A stretch of 64,000 nucleotides of DNA, taken from Paraspadella gotoi (taxonomy: Eukaryota > Animalia > Chaetognatha). The notes under the pieces are model-generated. The model made no database searches. It saw only the letters and a program-made list of their open reading frames with translations, and was not told the origin of the DNA. Of the stretch, positions 38,840-52,233 are shown piece by piece. The stretch is from contig CM119265.1 in the NCBI GenBank assembly GCA_051294375.1, positions 24,921,605 to 24,985,604 of the forward strand. The letters run 5' to 3'. How positions within the stretch are numbered: the stretch's first letter is position 1; every line of letters starts with the position of its first letter. Position numbers and translations under genes: made by a program.

Positions 38840-39255
38840 TCACCGTCTCACTTCGTCCCCAACGACGAGATAATTTAAATTCGAATCAATTTAAATAAAT
38901 TTCTAATCTAAACTTTTTATCATTTATTTTTTTGTTATTTTTTTTCTTGTTTCGATTGGATGAGATTTGTCTCGACGGTTTCGTCAGCAGAACGCGATGT
39001 GGCGTTCAATGATTGGTCTGCCCGTCTGTCTGTCTCTCTGTCTGTCTGTCTCTCTGTTCGTAAGTCCAAGCGCCTAAATGTCTTATTCATCGGTCAAGAA
39101 ATTTAGGAATTTTTTTTGGTATCGTACAAAAGTCATTTTTAATATCAACAACTAAAATTCCAAACAGCATCAATGTTTTTTTTTTCAAAAAATATATCCT
39201 CATTCTGGCAGCAGCAATAACAACATCACCCAAAAGAACATCCTTGTCGTCGTCG

Positions 39256-39329
<74 letters not shown>

Positions 39330-40245
39330 TTCTTCTGTTTTTTCGGATCTTGTTATTGACGCGCGTCGAAATTTTGACCCAGTAACTCGAGCTGCAAATC
39401 TAGGGGAGATATTTTTCGTCGTCGTCGTCGTCGTGATCGGTAGCTTCGGTTTCCCTGGAGATTTCACAGACGTGTTCACAAAATAAAAAAAAAAACAAAA
39501 AAAAAACAAACTCAGACTCGAGAAAAGAGATTAACGAATGCAGCGCCGCCGTTGGTCGAAAAATGCGACGGTTTAGAGGTGAAGGAAACAAAGAATAAGA
39601 ATTTTTGTCAGGGAAAATTCCATTTTATTAAAAAACAACAAAAAAACACTGAAATTTTCAATAAATTTTTTTTTTCATATTGAATCGTTTGACGCAGAAC
39701 TTTAAACTCAGACTTCTCTAGATCGAATGAGTCATTTTTACCGCAAATTTAAAGACTTTCTAGAATTTCTATCACGATTGGTGTCAAATATTATATGTGT
39801 GTATCATCTATATAATGTTTCGCCATAACCTCGGCTCAATACTAAATAAATCAGCGAGTCTATTAACAATACTTTTTTAACAGGATATAAAAAAGTTTCC
39901 CCAATGCCCAGTGTTCAGTTCGTGACCCCAAGTCGAGTCTTCAAGAAAGCGATCGCTCTTCTTCACCAATTTGATTGGATTTAATTCGCTTATACCCACT
40001 CGGTCGGTGAACCTTGAACCAGACAACAACATCGTTGAATGATTAAGACTTTGAAAAAACCGAAAGTGAATCTCGATCGAATCATTTCTGAGTCAGAAAA
40101 AAAAAAATCTAATGATCATTTCCAAATGAGGAATGAATCAACAATGAATTCTCGAGGTCGTTCAACTTGAGAAGTTTTTTTTTCACCCCAATTTATTTTT
40201 TTTCAAACGCAACCTTTTTTCCGTTTACTTTTTAAAGATGTCGAG

Positions 40246-40320
<75 letters not shown>

Positions 40321-40414
40321 TTTTTTAAGGAATGGGGGGAGTTTAAAAACATTCGGAAGTAATAATGTGCGAAGCTTTTAAGTTGTAAAAGTTCTAAGAA
40401 ATAAAAAAGACAGT

Positions 40415-40417
<3 letters not shown>

Positions 40418-40499
<82 letters not shown>

Positions 40500-40590
40500 A
40501 GAAAGAGAGAGAGAGAGAGAGAGAAAGAAAGAGATAGATAGAGAGAGAGAGGGAGGATGTTTTTCACGGGGCGAGATTCCACTCTTGATG

Positions 40591-40658
<68 letters not shown>

Positions 40659-40746
40659 AAAGAAGAGAGAGAGAGAGAGAGAGAAAGAAAGAGATAGATA
40701 GAGAGAGAGAGGGAGGATGTTTTTCACGGGGCGAGGTTCTACTCTT

Positions 40747-40828
<82 letters not shown>

Positions 40829-40834
40829 GAGAGC

Positions 40835-40871
<37 letters not shown>

Positions 40872-40934
40872 AAGAAAGAGATAGATAGAGAGAGAGAGGG
40901 AGGATGTTTTTCACGGGGCGAGGTCCCACTCTTA
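40418..40934. repeat. Compound tandem repeat: three units of (GA)n plus a conserved ~40-bp core
   Basis: Core GGGAGGATGTTTTTCACGGGGCGAG..ACTCTT starts near 40551, 40711 and 40898, each preceded by aagaaagagatagatagagagaga. Confidence 0.9.
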
Positions 40935-41139
40935 GAAAAAACAGAAAAGTAGTTCGCGCGCTGGTACAAACTGGATCCAACCGTTTGCCGCTCCGCCTTC
41001 GCCCGGCAAAAAAATTTGGAATTTTATTTTTTTATATTAAAACTTTTTTTAAACTTTACGATGGTTAAGATAGTATTTAAGTAGACATAAAGTGACCAAA
41101 ATTGGTCTCGATTGAAAACCTGCCTGGTCCTGCTATGTA

Positions 41140-41177
41140 ATTATCTTGAAAGTGTGATGGAGGCCTTAAACCACCAA
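41140..41177 (+). mobile_element. Fragment of the same dispersed repeat
   Basis: attatcttgaaagtgtgatggaggccttaaaccaccaa matches the core of the 38365 and 59550 copies. Confidence 0.7.
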
Positions 41178-42197
41178 TTTTTTTTAAAGGATAGATTAAT
41201 CTATTTCAAATCAGTTAATTGTTGAAATCTACCCGTACAAACCAGTAGTACTCGCTAATATTGACAAACAAACTCACAAGTATAAACGATAAACAATTCC
41301 AGTGCCAGTCGCTCACGCAGCAGCCCGCCATTCTTTTCCAAGGTCGCACGTAATCTGGTTCTGACGTAATGTGAGATCCCAAAACCGAGCGGGTCGATTT
41401 AACCTGGGATTCTTTCTGACGATAGTTGACTCTTTTTGTTTTTAATTCAAACAAACTTTAATTTTAAAGGTTCTTTTTAAATTAGGACAGCCTTATATAT
41501 TATATTAACCATATCCGTTTTTATAAATAATAACTTAATCTTCATCATTATTCTTTTTATCTTGGACTTTTCGCAGCGATGAACTCTGACCTTTCCATAT
41601 TTGATACGAATCAAATCGAGCGAAAATACAGATATGTGAGCTAAGATATTTTTATTTTTTGACTTTCGTTCGGTTCTTTGTATAGAAAATATGAAAAAAA
41701 AAATTAGTGAAAGGGATAACAAATTATAAACTTACAATAGACATACGATTGAGGGGGAAAATGAACAAGACTTAAAAACTTTGACAGTGCGGCGCTCTCA
41801 ATCGCCCGCTAAACTTTAAAAGCAATGACGGGCATTAAGATTTATTACTGAGTAGATTTTTTCGCTTAACGAAAACCAAACTTTGCAAAAATAATAATAT
41901 TTAATATTCGTCCTAAAAATCATGACCTATTTCGGTCATTCCCAAAATCTTACGTCTTTTGTTCTCTTTTCCCTTCGATCCGAGTTTCCCTCTTTTCCCG
42001 CCGACGGCGCCAGGATCGAGGAATCGTTGAGACTCGAGACGAAACTTCAACTCGAAAGTCGAAAACTGGGAGACGAGAAGTTGAATTCCAAAATTCGTTC
42101 CTTTCGTCTCCGACTTTTTATTTCTCGATCTTTGGCCCAAATTCTAAAACTCTGCCGCTTTTATTTATTTTGGTTGCCATTCTCGAGTCAGATTATC

Positions 42198-42205
42198 TGA
42201 CGTCA
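42198..42205. promoter_or_regulatory. Perfect CRE/ATF palindrome TGACGTCA about 140 bp upstream of the myosin light chain ATG
   Basis: Exact 8-mer match; function not shown. Confidence 0.3.
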
Positions 42206-42342
42206 TTTAAATTTCCTGATTCAACAGTTTACATTTACATTGAAAGAAGGCCCGACGTTTTGGACTCTAGAAACGAAGACATTTACTAAAACAATATTAC
42301 CAAAGATATCGGCGACTCTTAATCCCGTGAAAGGAAAAAAAA

Positions 42343-43696
42343 ATGTCTGGACTCACGGAAGACCAAATGATGGAATTTCAAGAGACTTTTTGTCTCTTCG
42401 AAACCAGAGGTAAGTTTTGAGGCGACTTACTACCGGTCTCTCTCTCTAAACCCCTCCTCTCTCTAGTTTTAAGAGTCCTTTAGTTCTTTAAAAAGTCAAC
42501 TCTTGCTTTTATAAGCTTTTATAAGTATTTGTAAATATTTTATTGTTGCGGTGAATGTTTCGCCATCACGAGATCAATCCTCACACCAACTTTGTCGATC
42601 CACTCCATACCCCTCAATCTTGACCTCCTTCCACCCCCCCCAAGGCGACGGCCGCGTCGAGGCGAGCAAGATCGGCGACGTGTTGCGCGCGTTGGGCCTC
42701 AACCCGACCGAGGCCGACGTCAAGAAGCTCATCCTCGAAGTCACGCATCAAGGACGTCAGTTTATTTTTACTTTACAAATTTGTTATCGGTGGAACGTGA
42801 GAGTTTTTTTTCTGTTTTTGATCGCGGCGCGATTCAATAAGATAATTTTTGTTGAAATGAGCTGAGAAAAAAAACAACTATATTTTTAGTCGCCAATTTA
42901 ACTTTTAAATCAGGCATTGTAAGTAAAAGGATAAAAGACAAAAAGAAGAAAGTAAATAACGAAACTTATTATCAATAGCGATAACGCCGAGTCCCGTTCC
43001 TCACTGCGATCCTCAACCCTCTCTACTCCCCCACCTCCCCCCCTAACACCCTCTCCTCGCAGAGAATCAAATCCAGTTCCAACAGTTCGTGCCGATCTAC
43101 CAAGCAGTCGCCAAGCGGAAGGACGTGACGACGGCCGAGGATTTCATCGAAGGGTTCAAAGTGTTCGACAAGGACGCCAACGGGTCGATCTCTTCCGCCG
43201 AGTTGAGGCACCTGCTCACTACTTTAGGCAAGGGGGCGATGGATTATATCATATCGACAATGTTAATTTTGTTATTATGACCGTTTCTGTCAATCGGTGA
43301 GTTTTTGTTGATTTATTTATATATTTAATTAAAATTTGTTGGTGGATCTAATAATACAACTGGATAAAGCTAAGTTATAAGTCTATATTATAAGTCATCA
43401 AAGAATCAATCAAACAACCAAATCGGGCAACATCAAATAAATTATTCACTAGTCTACTAAACGTTTAAAAGATCGTTTTAAATTTTTTATAAATCAATCA
43501 ATCAATCAATCAAGTATGTATGTACTATGTAATCGACATTCCTTCAATAAATCAATCAAGCAATCGATCAATCAACCTCCCAGGTGAGCGGCTGACGGAC
43601 GAGGAGGTCGAGCTTCTCGTCTCCCCGCACGAAGATCCTCACGGAAACGTCAACTACGAGGAGTTCGTGCGTCACATCCTTACGGCGTCGTATTGA
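42343..43696 (+). CDS. Myosin essential light chain, non-muscle type (Mlc-c / MYL6-like), 151 aa
   Basis: Exons 42343-42409, 42645-42755, 43063-43227 and 43584-43696 sum to 456 nt. MSGLTEDQMMEFQETFCLFETRGDGRV...IGDVLRALGLNPTEADVKK...[40 protein letters not shown]...GNVNYEEFVRHIL. Third intron is GC-AG. Confidence 0.95.
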
Positions 43697-45258
43697 ACAT
43701 TCAAGATGCGGCGTCAACTCGGAAATTATTGGCCGATGTTATTCTCTTTCCCCGATACCTTCGTCGGTCTCTCGATCCCAAGCGCAATACCAAGCATTTA
43801 AATTTCGTTACAAGCAAAAACTAAAATTTCTGAGTTAAATTTAATCTTGTAAAAAATCTTTCGAAAAAAAAAACCGCCCTAAAAAATACGAAATGCGCCC
43901 CTTTCGCATCTGTGTGTACGCATCCTTTTTGCATCGATTTGACGAATTGCCGCATTCCTATCGACAGTGCCTTCGCAAATTCATTCTTAAGTTTCTTTGT
44001 CTATCATTTGTCTTCGCATTTCCCTCGTCTCTTTCTCGATTGTTTCTTCCTAGTTTTTTTTATTAACATTAACTATATTCTTTTAATATCATTTTTCCCA
44101 TCACTTTTACCCTTTAAACTGCTCATCTTATCTTTTTGCTTCTTGTTCTCTAAGTAAAGCGAAAAAGGTTTGTTTTAACTTCTTATTTTGCGTCTTAACT
44201 TTGCCATTGTATTAATGACGGATTTTTATTTCAAACTTTAAAGTACTTTAAGGCGCGTTTTATCTCCGTAGGATAGCTTTATATATGTTGGCTAACTTTT
44301 TTATATTTGATTGCATAACTTTTAACTCTTAATACCTTATCAAAGTTTTTACTTGGCTTTAATTTTTTTTGTGCACGTTTTATCCGAATGCATCTGTTTT
44401 TATGAATTTTTCGCGATTATTTTTAGTAAAAACACTTTTTGACAAATTTAAGAACAAAATGCGGCTTTTATTTTTGAAAAAAAAAAGAAATTGTACAATG
44501 TTTTTTCCCCTTACCATATACAAAAAATAAAATGTTAAAAACTTAAAATTACTCTTTTTTTCGATGATGATTTTGCAATGGAAGAATTTTAGTTGAGTTT
44601 AAAAGTTATTTCCGTAAAAATTTCACAACGCGTTCCAAATGTGAGGGAAAATCTCGAGGTGAAGATCGTGAGATGAACTGATAGGCCACGCCTCTGATTC
44701 ACAAATTGACCACGCCCCCTTTTCACATCAAGAAAATAGAAATAACTCATGTAATGTTATTTCAAAATATATATTTAAAATTTAACAATTTTATACTTAG
44801 CATTTCATAGTTATTTGTGGAAGAAAAAATTAAAATTAGGTTAATTGTGAAGCTAAGCAATAGTATGTTACAATTCTATAGTTTTTTATTAAATAAGAAA
44901 TGAATAAATCTTTCACGTAGTAATTGTTACTATTTTTGTAATAAATTGAGATATTCATTAATATTCATTAATATTCATTAATAACTTGAGAACAAGTAAT
45001 CGTCTGCTTATGAGAGTGAGTTCAAATTAAAGTTCTTTCAGTAGATAATGATTGATATAAACTAAAAGTAAAATTTGACAAATAATGACAAAGTCGTTGA
45101 TAATTTCTCATTATTTTGCGTAAAAATTTCTTACAAAACTTTAAAATTCAATTAAAAAAAAAACTTGCTTGGATCAAAATTTTTTGACTTCACTACGATG
45201 TTATAAAAAACATTATATTTTTAAAGATGGGTTATTTCTATTTTCTTTCACGGGGTGT

Positions 45259-46414
45259 CTAGGGAATCGAGTATCCGAGGGCGAAGACGTAGGCGAGCCA
45301 CTTGGCGATTTCCTCCAAGAGGAAAAAGTAGAGGAGCATGACGGAGTAATGAATCATTCGTTGAGTGCTGGAGCGGGGATCCAGGAGCCTCTGAAAATGG
45401 AGGGCGGGGGTTAGCGAACGGGAGGGATTAAGATCATGTCTCTGACTTGTACCCATAACCGATACCCAATTATCTTTGGTTCCCTCACATGGGTTTAGAC
45501 TATAAGGACAATAATATTGGTATAACTGAGGATTATTAATGTTAACGTCATAATAAGCAGAGTGAAACTAAAAGTAGGTTTAATATTTTGATGTTTCTTG
45601 ATGAGGACAAAAGCAAAAAGCAAAACGATACATACGAAAATATTTTGTAAAAAAAAAATTCGCTTTACTTAGAAACAGACGAAATGATTATGAAACATCA
45701 AATTACTAAACTTATGATGTATAATTGTATATGCTAACTTCCGGTTCACCTGGGCGCCGCTTTCAGCAGGAGGAGCGGCGGCGCGGCGGTTCTTGACGTC
45801 GAGTCGCGGCGGGACTTGACTCTTCATCATGTTTTCGAAACTGAAAAGAATTTGTCATTAAAAGGTTTATGTCCATCATTAGTACTTTTTTTTAATCTCT
45901 TTTATTTTTTTTATTTCTTTATATTTTCATTTATTTGTTATTTGTTTGTATATTTATTTGTTCATTTTTTTATTTATCTATTTATTTTTTTAATTTATTT
46001 TTAAATTTATTTGTTTATTTATTTATTTACTTATTTACTTTCTCATTCCATGAACTAAACCCAGATTTCTCAAAATCAACGAAGGCCAACGAGTTTAATA
46101 AACGATGAATCATTTATCGATAGACGTGAAATCAATCAATCAATCAATCAATCAATCAGCGCCCTTTTCTCTTTTTTTTTCCTCTCACTTCTTCCCCAGA
46201 TCGAGAAATTGCTTCTCCTCCCTCACGTTCCCCCCCTGCGCCCCCTTCCGGTCCGTCTCCGCATCCTTGTAGACGGTGTCCTTTTCCATCGTCCCGTTGT
46301 AAAAGATATTTTCCACGGTCACGTTGTCGAACTTGAGACTCCCGTTGTGCTTTTGTTCGGAATCCAGTTCGTCGACCGTTCGGTGATGATAGAGGGTACT
46401 AGCGTCTTCGATGT
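45259..46414 (-). CDS. Uncharacterised small protein with a C-terminal hydrophobic segment (possibly tail-anchored); 5' exons unresolved (candidates about 47041-46790 and near 47602)
   Basis: Exons 46414-46189, 45840-45750 and 45390-45259 have canonical splice sites and exon-like GC/codon bias; ends ...RMIHYSVMLLYFFLLEEIAKWLAYVFALGYSIP*. Needs one extra base in the homopolymer at 46230-46236. Confidence 0.55.
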
Positions 46415-47186
46415 CTGAACCGAGAGGCCAGCGAGGGAAACAAATGAACGCGGAAAAGTTTTTAAAAAAAAATTTTTTTTGGTGGTTTGTTAATCGTTTG
46501 AGTGATAATGTAGAGGCGTTTTTTATTGAGCCGATAAAATAAAAAAAAAATTAAAGAGAGCGAATGCAGCAGAATGAGTACATTGAAAAATTTATAATTA
46601 AGTCTGTAAGTTGTCATCGAAAAGTAATTAAGAAGAGATGATCTAAAATGGGATTCCCTGTTCACATGAAAATCAACCTTGTGGGCCGAGGCTTTTCTTA
46701 TGGTTTAGGCAAACAACACTCAACGACGCCGTCGCATCGAAAAAGAAGCTCGACGCGCCAAATTAACGTCCAAATCAAACGTAACTCACGCCCAATTAAC
46801 ACTCGTCTCACATCCTCTCACATCTTCGTCCCCTCCACCCAATTGATAAGGTCCTCAGTCGCCATCGGCATGCGTCCCTTCGCGCCACGAAAAGGAAGTG
46901 ATGCAGAGTCTTCCGCGGATCCAAACGTCCCGTCGTGGCTGTCGTAGATCATGAGGTTGCACCAGATGTTGCTGGCGGTGGTTGTCGCCCTCTTTCACCG
47001 GGTGAGGCAGGGAGGGTGTCGCCTTGTCGCGAAGCAAGAATCTGCGAAAACGCGCAGGGTGGCGGAAAAAAGGTTTTTTTTTCATTATTGACACGAATTT
47101 TCTTCGTCTGTCTGTCCTCTTTTTTTTCAAAAAATTTGAGAACAGCGGAAGTAGAATGAATTGCAAAAAAAAAAGAAAGAAAATGC

Positions 47187-47308
47187 AAACTTTAGCTATC
47201 TTTATAAAATGAAAAATTTAGCTATCTTTATAAATGAAAACCTAGCTATCTTTTATAATAATGAAAACTTTAGCTATCTTAATAAATAAAAACTTTATCT
47301 ATCTTTAG
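47187..47308. repeat. AT-rich ~26-bp minisatellite (aaactttagctatctttataaaatga-like, about 5 copies)
   Basis: Repeated tagctatctt core. Confidence 0.8.
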
Positions 47309-47644
47309 AAATTAAACTTATGCTAGTCTTATATAAATTGCCGACGAATATAGCAACATAGAAATTAAGAAAGAGCAGTAATGTGTCTTTTTAAATTAGC
47401 TCTTAAAAAAATTGTAACCTAAAAAAAAATCACCAGTTTTCATGACTCAACGCCAGGCATCCTTTCCGCCTTGCTTTTAAAATGAAATGCGCCTGGTTTT
47501 AAATTAAAATGCACCACCGTAAAATAGGAAATGCACCTGTCTTTATAAGAGCCATGATCGTCATTCAGCCACGTATTCGCCGGCGCCGTTTCCGTCGTCC
47601 ATAGAGGCGACCGATTGTGACTGCAAGCGTGGCGAGGAGAGAGA

Positions 47645-47704
<60 letters not shown>

Positions 47705-48597
47705 AGAGAGAGAGAGAGAGAGTTTTCCGCAGTACCTTTCCCTAAACGCTAACCAACCATAGTAACATTTTCGCGAGCGAGCGAGCTCCACTCCACACGT
47801 CCGAATCCAGTTCCCCACTTCCAACTGCAACTTCCCACTTCCTCTTCCCACTCCACTATCCCACTCCAACCCTACTTTAACACTATCTCAGACCGATTCT
47901 ACTCTGCATTTCGAAAATCCACAGCAGTCGTCGCCGCACAATCGCTTCCACTTAGTCTCGGCCGAAGCGAATCCACTGTCGGCATCGTCTGGCAACAAAA
48001 TTCGAGTTTTATTTAGGTTTATAACTTATATTGTTTAATTCCGATAAAATAAGTTGAGAGTTAATATTTAGGAAATTTATAAGGGCCAAACCACAACAAC
48101 AACCGAAGGACCAGGAAGACTAGAACAACAAGAACAACAAGAACAACAAGAACAAAAACTACCCTAACGGAACAACAAGTACAAAAGAACAACAACAACA
48201 AAAAAAGTAAAAAGCACTTTTATCAATAACTAAANNNNNNNNNNNNNNNNNNNNNNNNNNNNNNNNNNNNNNNNNNNNNNNNNNNNNNNNNNNNNNNNNN
48301 NNNNNNNNNNNNNNNNNNNNNNNNNNNNNNNNNNNNNNNNNNNNNNNNNNNNNNNNNNNNNNNNNNNNNNNNNNNNNNNNNNNNNNNNNNNNNNNNNNNN
48401 NNNNNNNNNNNNNNNNNNNNNNNNNNNNNNNNNNNNNNNNNNNNNNNNNNNNNNNNNNNNNNNNNNNNNNNNNNNNNNCACGCCTCCTGGTTCCGTCGCG
48501 GCGCCGAAATCGAGGAACCGGAAGTGACGCCCGTCGCCGGTCGGTGGCGTCGAGATCCATTTGGGAGCGACTTTGACCCGAAAGACGAGATTTTTTT

Positions 48598-48684
48598 TAT
48601 CGTGGGACGTTGATTCTAGTTACATCCGGGGATTTTGTTATCGTGGGACGTTGATTCTAGTTACATCCGGGGATTTTTTTTATC
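48598..48684. repeat. 41-bp direct tandem duplication
   Basis: tatcgtgggacgttgattctagttacatccggggatttt occurs twice with period 41. Confidence 0.9.
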
Positions 48685-51600
48685 ATGTTTCTGTCAGTTG
48701 TTGGAAAAGACGGTGACGACGAAAGAAATATTTATTTCAATTCATTTTTTCATTAATAATTAATTTTAATTTATTTTACTTTAAAATACATAAAGTATAA
48801 AATACCAGTTAATTGTACCTATACTATAATATCTATAATATATATCTATACTATAATATCTATACCTGTAATGTATTTTCTCTTTTAACTACTTTTTTAA
48901 ATTTAAGGAATTAAAGAAATCTCGGACAAGAACTTCCGGTGACATGGGGGTCAATTTTGTGAGGTTGATCCCTCGAGACTCGAGAGTCAAGGTCAAAGTC
49001 TGACCCGATTTTCTTCCTTTCCACTTCTTTTCACTTTTGGCTTTCTCGATTGGAATTTGAACTTTATCATTTTCTCTTATGAGTTTATCAATTTATGTAC
49101 TTCCCTTTTTTTTTATACTTTTTTCCCTTTTTTTCCCCTTATTTTCCCTTTTTTGCCCTTTTTTTTCCTCCTTCACTTAATTCCAATTCCTCTTTCTTCT
49201 CTCAAAACCCAATTCTTAACTTTTTTCCCTCAAAAGTTGAGAATTTTTTTTTCCCTCTTTGTATCCCAGAAATAGCGGTGGTCGTCGTCGTCGTCGTCGT
49301 TGTTGTGCTCGTCACCGCTGCCGTCGTCGTCGTCGCCATCGTTGTCGTTGTTGTGCTCGTCACCGCTGCCGTCGTCGTCGCCGTCGTCGTCGTCGTCGTT
49401 TGGAGATTAATGCGAAGGTCGTCCTAAATGTCACCTCCTCAAAAATTTTGAAAAATGAATAAAAAGAATCGGGCCCTTGGGGAAGTTGGCAGGCGAGTTC
49501 CGGTGGGTTGGGTAGGGTAAGTCGAAGTTGGGGGGGCGGGTAGTGGGGTGAGATAGAGAGAGAGAGAGAGAGTGCGCGTCGGCGAACGTGGAGGGGGAAT
49601 TTTTTGAAGGCCATGAGCCCCTTCTCTATATGGATCATTTTTCAAAGTTACTTCCTCCACTTTCTTCCTCGTGTTGGGCACCTCTCTATTTTTTTATTTC
49701 CATCCCTCCTTTCTTCTTCTCTTTCTTCACTTTTTTTTTATATCTGGTCTTAACTTTCTTCTCTTAGTCCCTTCCTTTTCTATTTAAAGACTGACCGCTT
49801 TTTCTGTTTTTCTGGGTTTTTTTTTCTGTGTTTTTGTTTTAACTTTTAAATATTTTTTCTTCCTGACTTTTTCATTTTTTTGGTTATTGCTCACACTAAC
49901 TTCATTNNNNNNNNNNNNNNNNNNNNNNNNNNNNNNNNNNNNNNNNNNNNNNNNNNNNNNNNNNNNNNNNNNNNNNNNNNNNNNNNNNNNNNNNNNNNNN
50001 NNNNNNNNNNNNNNNNNNNNNNNNNNNNNNNNNNNNNNNNNNNNNNNNNNNNNNNNNNNNNNNNNNNNNNNNNNNNNNNNNNNNNNNNNNNNNNNNNNNN
50101 NNNNNNNNNNNNNNNNNNNNNNNNNNNNNNNNNNNNNNNNNNNNNNNNNNNNNNGTCCGTAACTTTTCCTCTTTTAATATTTTTTTAAGAATTAATTTTG
50201 ATTCGGTAAAATTGTAATCAAAATGATACGGATTCACTATTTAATACTTGATTATTTCTTTTTTAAATACATTTGTTGAGGCTAAATATGGCGTAAAATT
50301 AAAAAAAAAGCATCTCAATAGATCCTGATGTTAGTAATGATAAAATGATGATTTCAAATCCTAATTTTCTAAACTTACCCTTGGTACTTCAACTGAGTGA
50401 GTCGTAAGACGTTTTCTAATTTTTAATTAATTCGTCTTTTTATTTCCAATTTTCCAACCCTGAAGGACGATTCCCTTTTGTTTATTTATTTAATCCTTCC
50501 TCGTTGTCGTCGTCGTCGTCGTCGTCGTTGTCCCTTTGTTTTTCTTTAGACTTTTTCCGAATAAAATAAGAAAAGTTGGTAAAAAGAGAAAGAAAGTCAG
50601 TCGGTCTAAACTGTTTTTTCTGATTTAACGAAAATTCGTCGTCGTCGTTGTGGTCGTTGCTGTTGTAACTCGTAACTCGGATGTAAATTTAAAGAGAAAT
50701 TGTAACTCGATTAAAGCTTCCGTCTTCAATGCAGCAGTTTGCTGTTTGCTGTTTACTGTTTTCTGTGCGGCACTGTGCCTTTATCTTCCTTACCCACACG
50801 ACTCTATAAGTTGAATAAGAGTTTTAAAAAAAATTATTGATTTATGGTTTATGACTAAGGGTCAAGTGTCCGATCAGGTTGAATTCACATAAGTATATTA
50901 TATACTATATTAATTATTATTAAATCATTAAATTTAATTATAAATCATTATTAATTTTATTATTATTTAAAAACAACTATACTGAAAAAACACTTTTAAA
51001 ACTAGTTACCAGTACCTCTGCAGAAAAGTTCAATTGATATTATGATACCATGACCTATCTACAATTTTTAATAATCGTAAGAAAACCTTTATCTCAAAGA
51101 TATATACAATGAAAAATACTGTTCTTTAGAATTTTTTAATTGTTTAAATTTTAATTAATTAATTTTATTACTTAACTGTTTTTTCTCTCTATTTTATAAT
51201 GTTTTTTTTTTTTAGAACTTAGTCTATATTTGTTTGTTTTTGTTGATGATGATTGTACTGAATCAACCTCGTTATTCGAATAAAAATCGCATATAATATC
51301 AACTGAGTCCGTGGCAAATTCAACGCGCGTAAGTCAAGTCATTTTCTTTTTTCTGATTTGACAATCAGCAAAGAGTCACAGATTATCATTTCCCAATCTG
51401 CTTCGACCATCATTTGGGCCAAATTCTTTCACGATTATGTGATCATTTTTCTTGACCATCTTGTGACTTTCACACTTGGCTTTCACAATTTTCTGTTGAA
51501 ATCATCCGAGGAGAAAAATATTTGTCCATTTCCTTTTGATTTGTAATCATTGTCCAATGAAGACTTTTTTCTTATTTCTCTTTTCTTTTCTTTTTTTATT

Positions 51601-52194
51601 TATTTTCCTTTCTTTTCTTTTCTTTTTTTGCTTTTATTATCTTTTCCTTTCTTTTCTTTTCTTTTTTTTTCTTTTCTTTTCTTCTCTTTTTTCCCTTTTT
51701 TTCTTTTCTTTTCTTCTTTCCACGCCATTTCACGCCAGTTAAAATTAAGCTTATTCTTGATTATCATTTGATTANNNNNNNNNNGTCTTGATTCATATTG
51801 AGGCTGATTCTACATAAAAGTTCTGGTGATAAATTAGTCGCTATATTGATTAAATAAGGCTGATTTCAACCTAATNNNNNNNNNNNNNNNNNNNNNNNNN
51901 NNNNNNNNNNNNNNNNNNNNNNNNNNNNNNNNNNNNNNNNNNNNNNNNNNNNNNNNNNNNNNNNNNNNNNNNNNNNNNNNNNNNNNNNNNNNNNNNNNNN
52001 NNNNNNNNNNNNNNNNNNNNNNNNNNNNNNNNNNNNNNNNNNNNNNNNNNNNNNNNNNNNNNNNNNNNNNNNNNNNNNNNNNNNNNNNNNNNNNNNNNNN
52101 NNNNNNNNNNNNNNNNNNNNNNNNNNNNNNNNNNNNNNNNNNNNNNNNNNNNNNNNNNNNNNNNNNNNNNNNNNNNNNNNNNNNNNNNNNNNNN

Positions 52195-52233
<39 letters not shown>

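Noticed and set aside
40551-40934. Repeat-spacer layout resembling a CRISPR array
   Set aside because: Eukaryotic context, spacers are (GA)n microsatellite rather than unique sequence, only three units, no cas genes.
46790-47041. In-frame TGA codons as possible selenocysteine or readthrough
   Set aside because: No selenoprotein motif or SECIS recognised; UTR or assembly error is simpler.
49276-49400. Poly-Val ORF that looks like a transmembrane segment
   Set aside because: (GTC)n microsatellite with a 51-bp duplication; no exon boundaries found.
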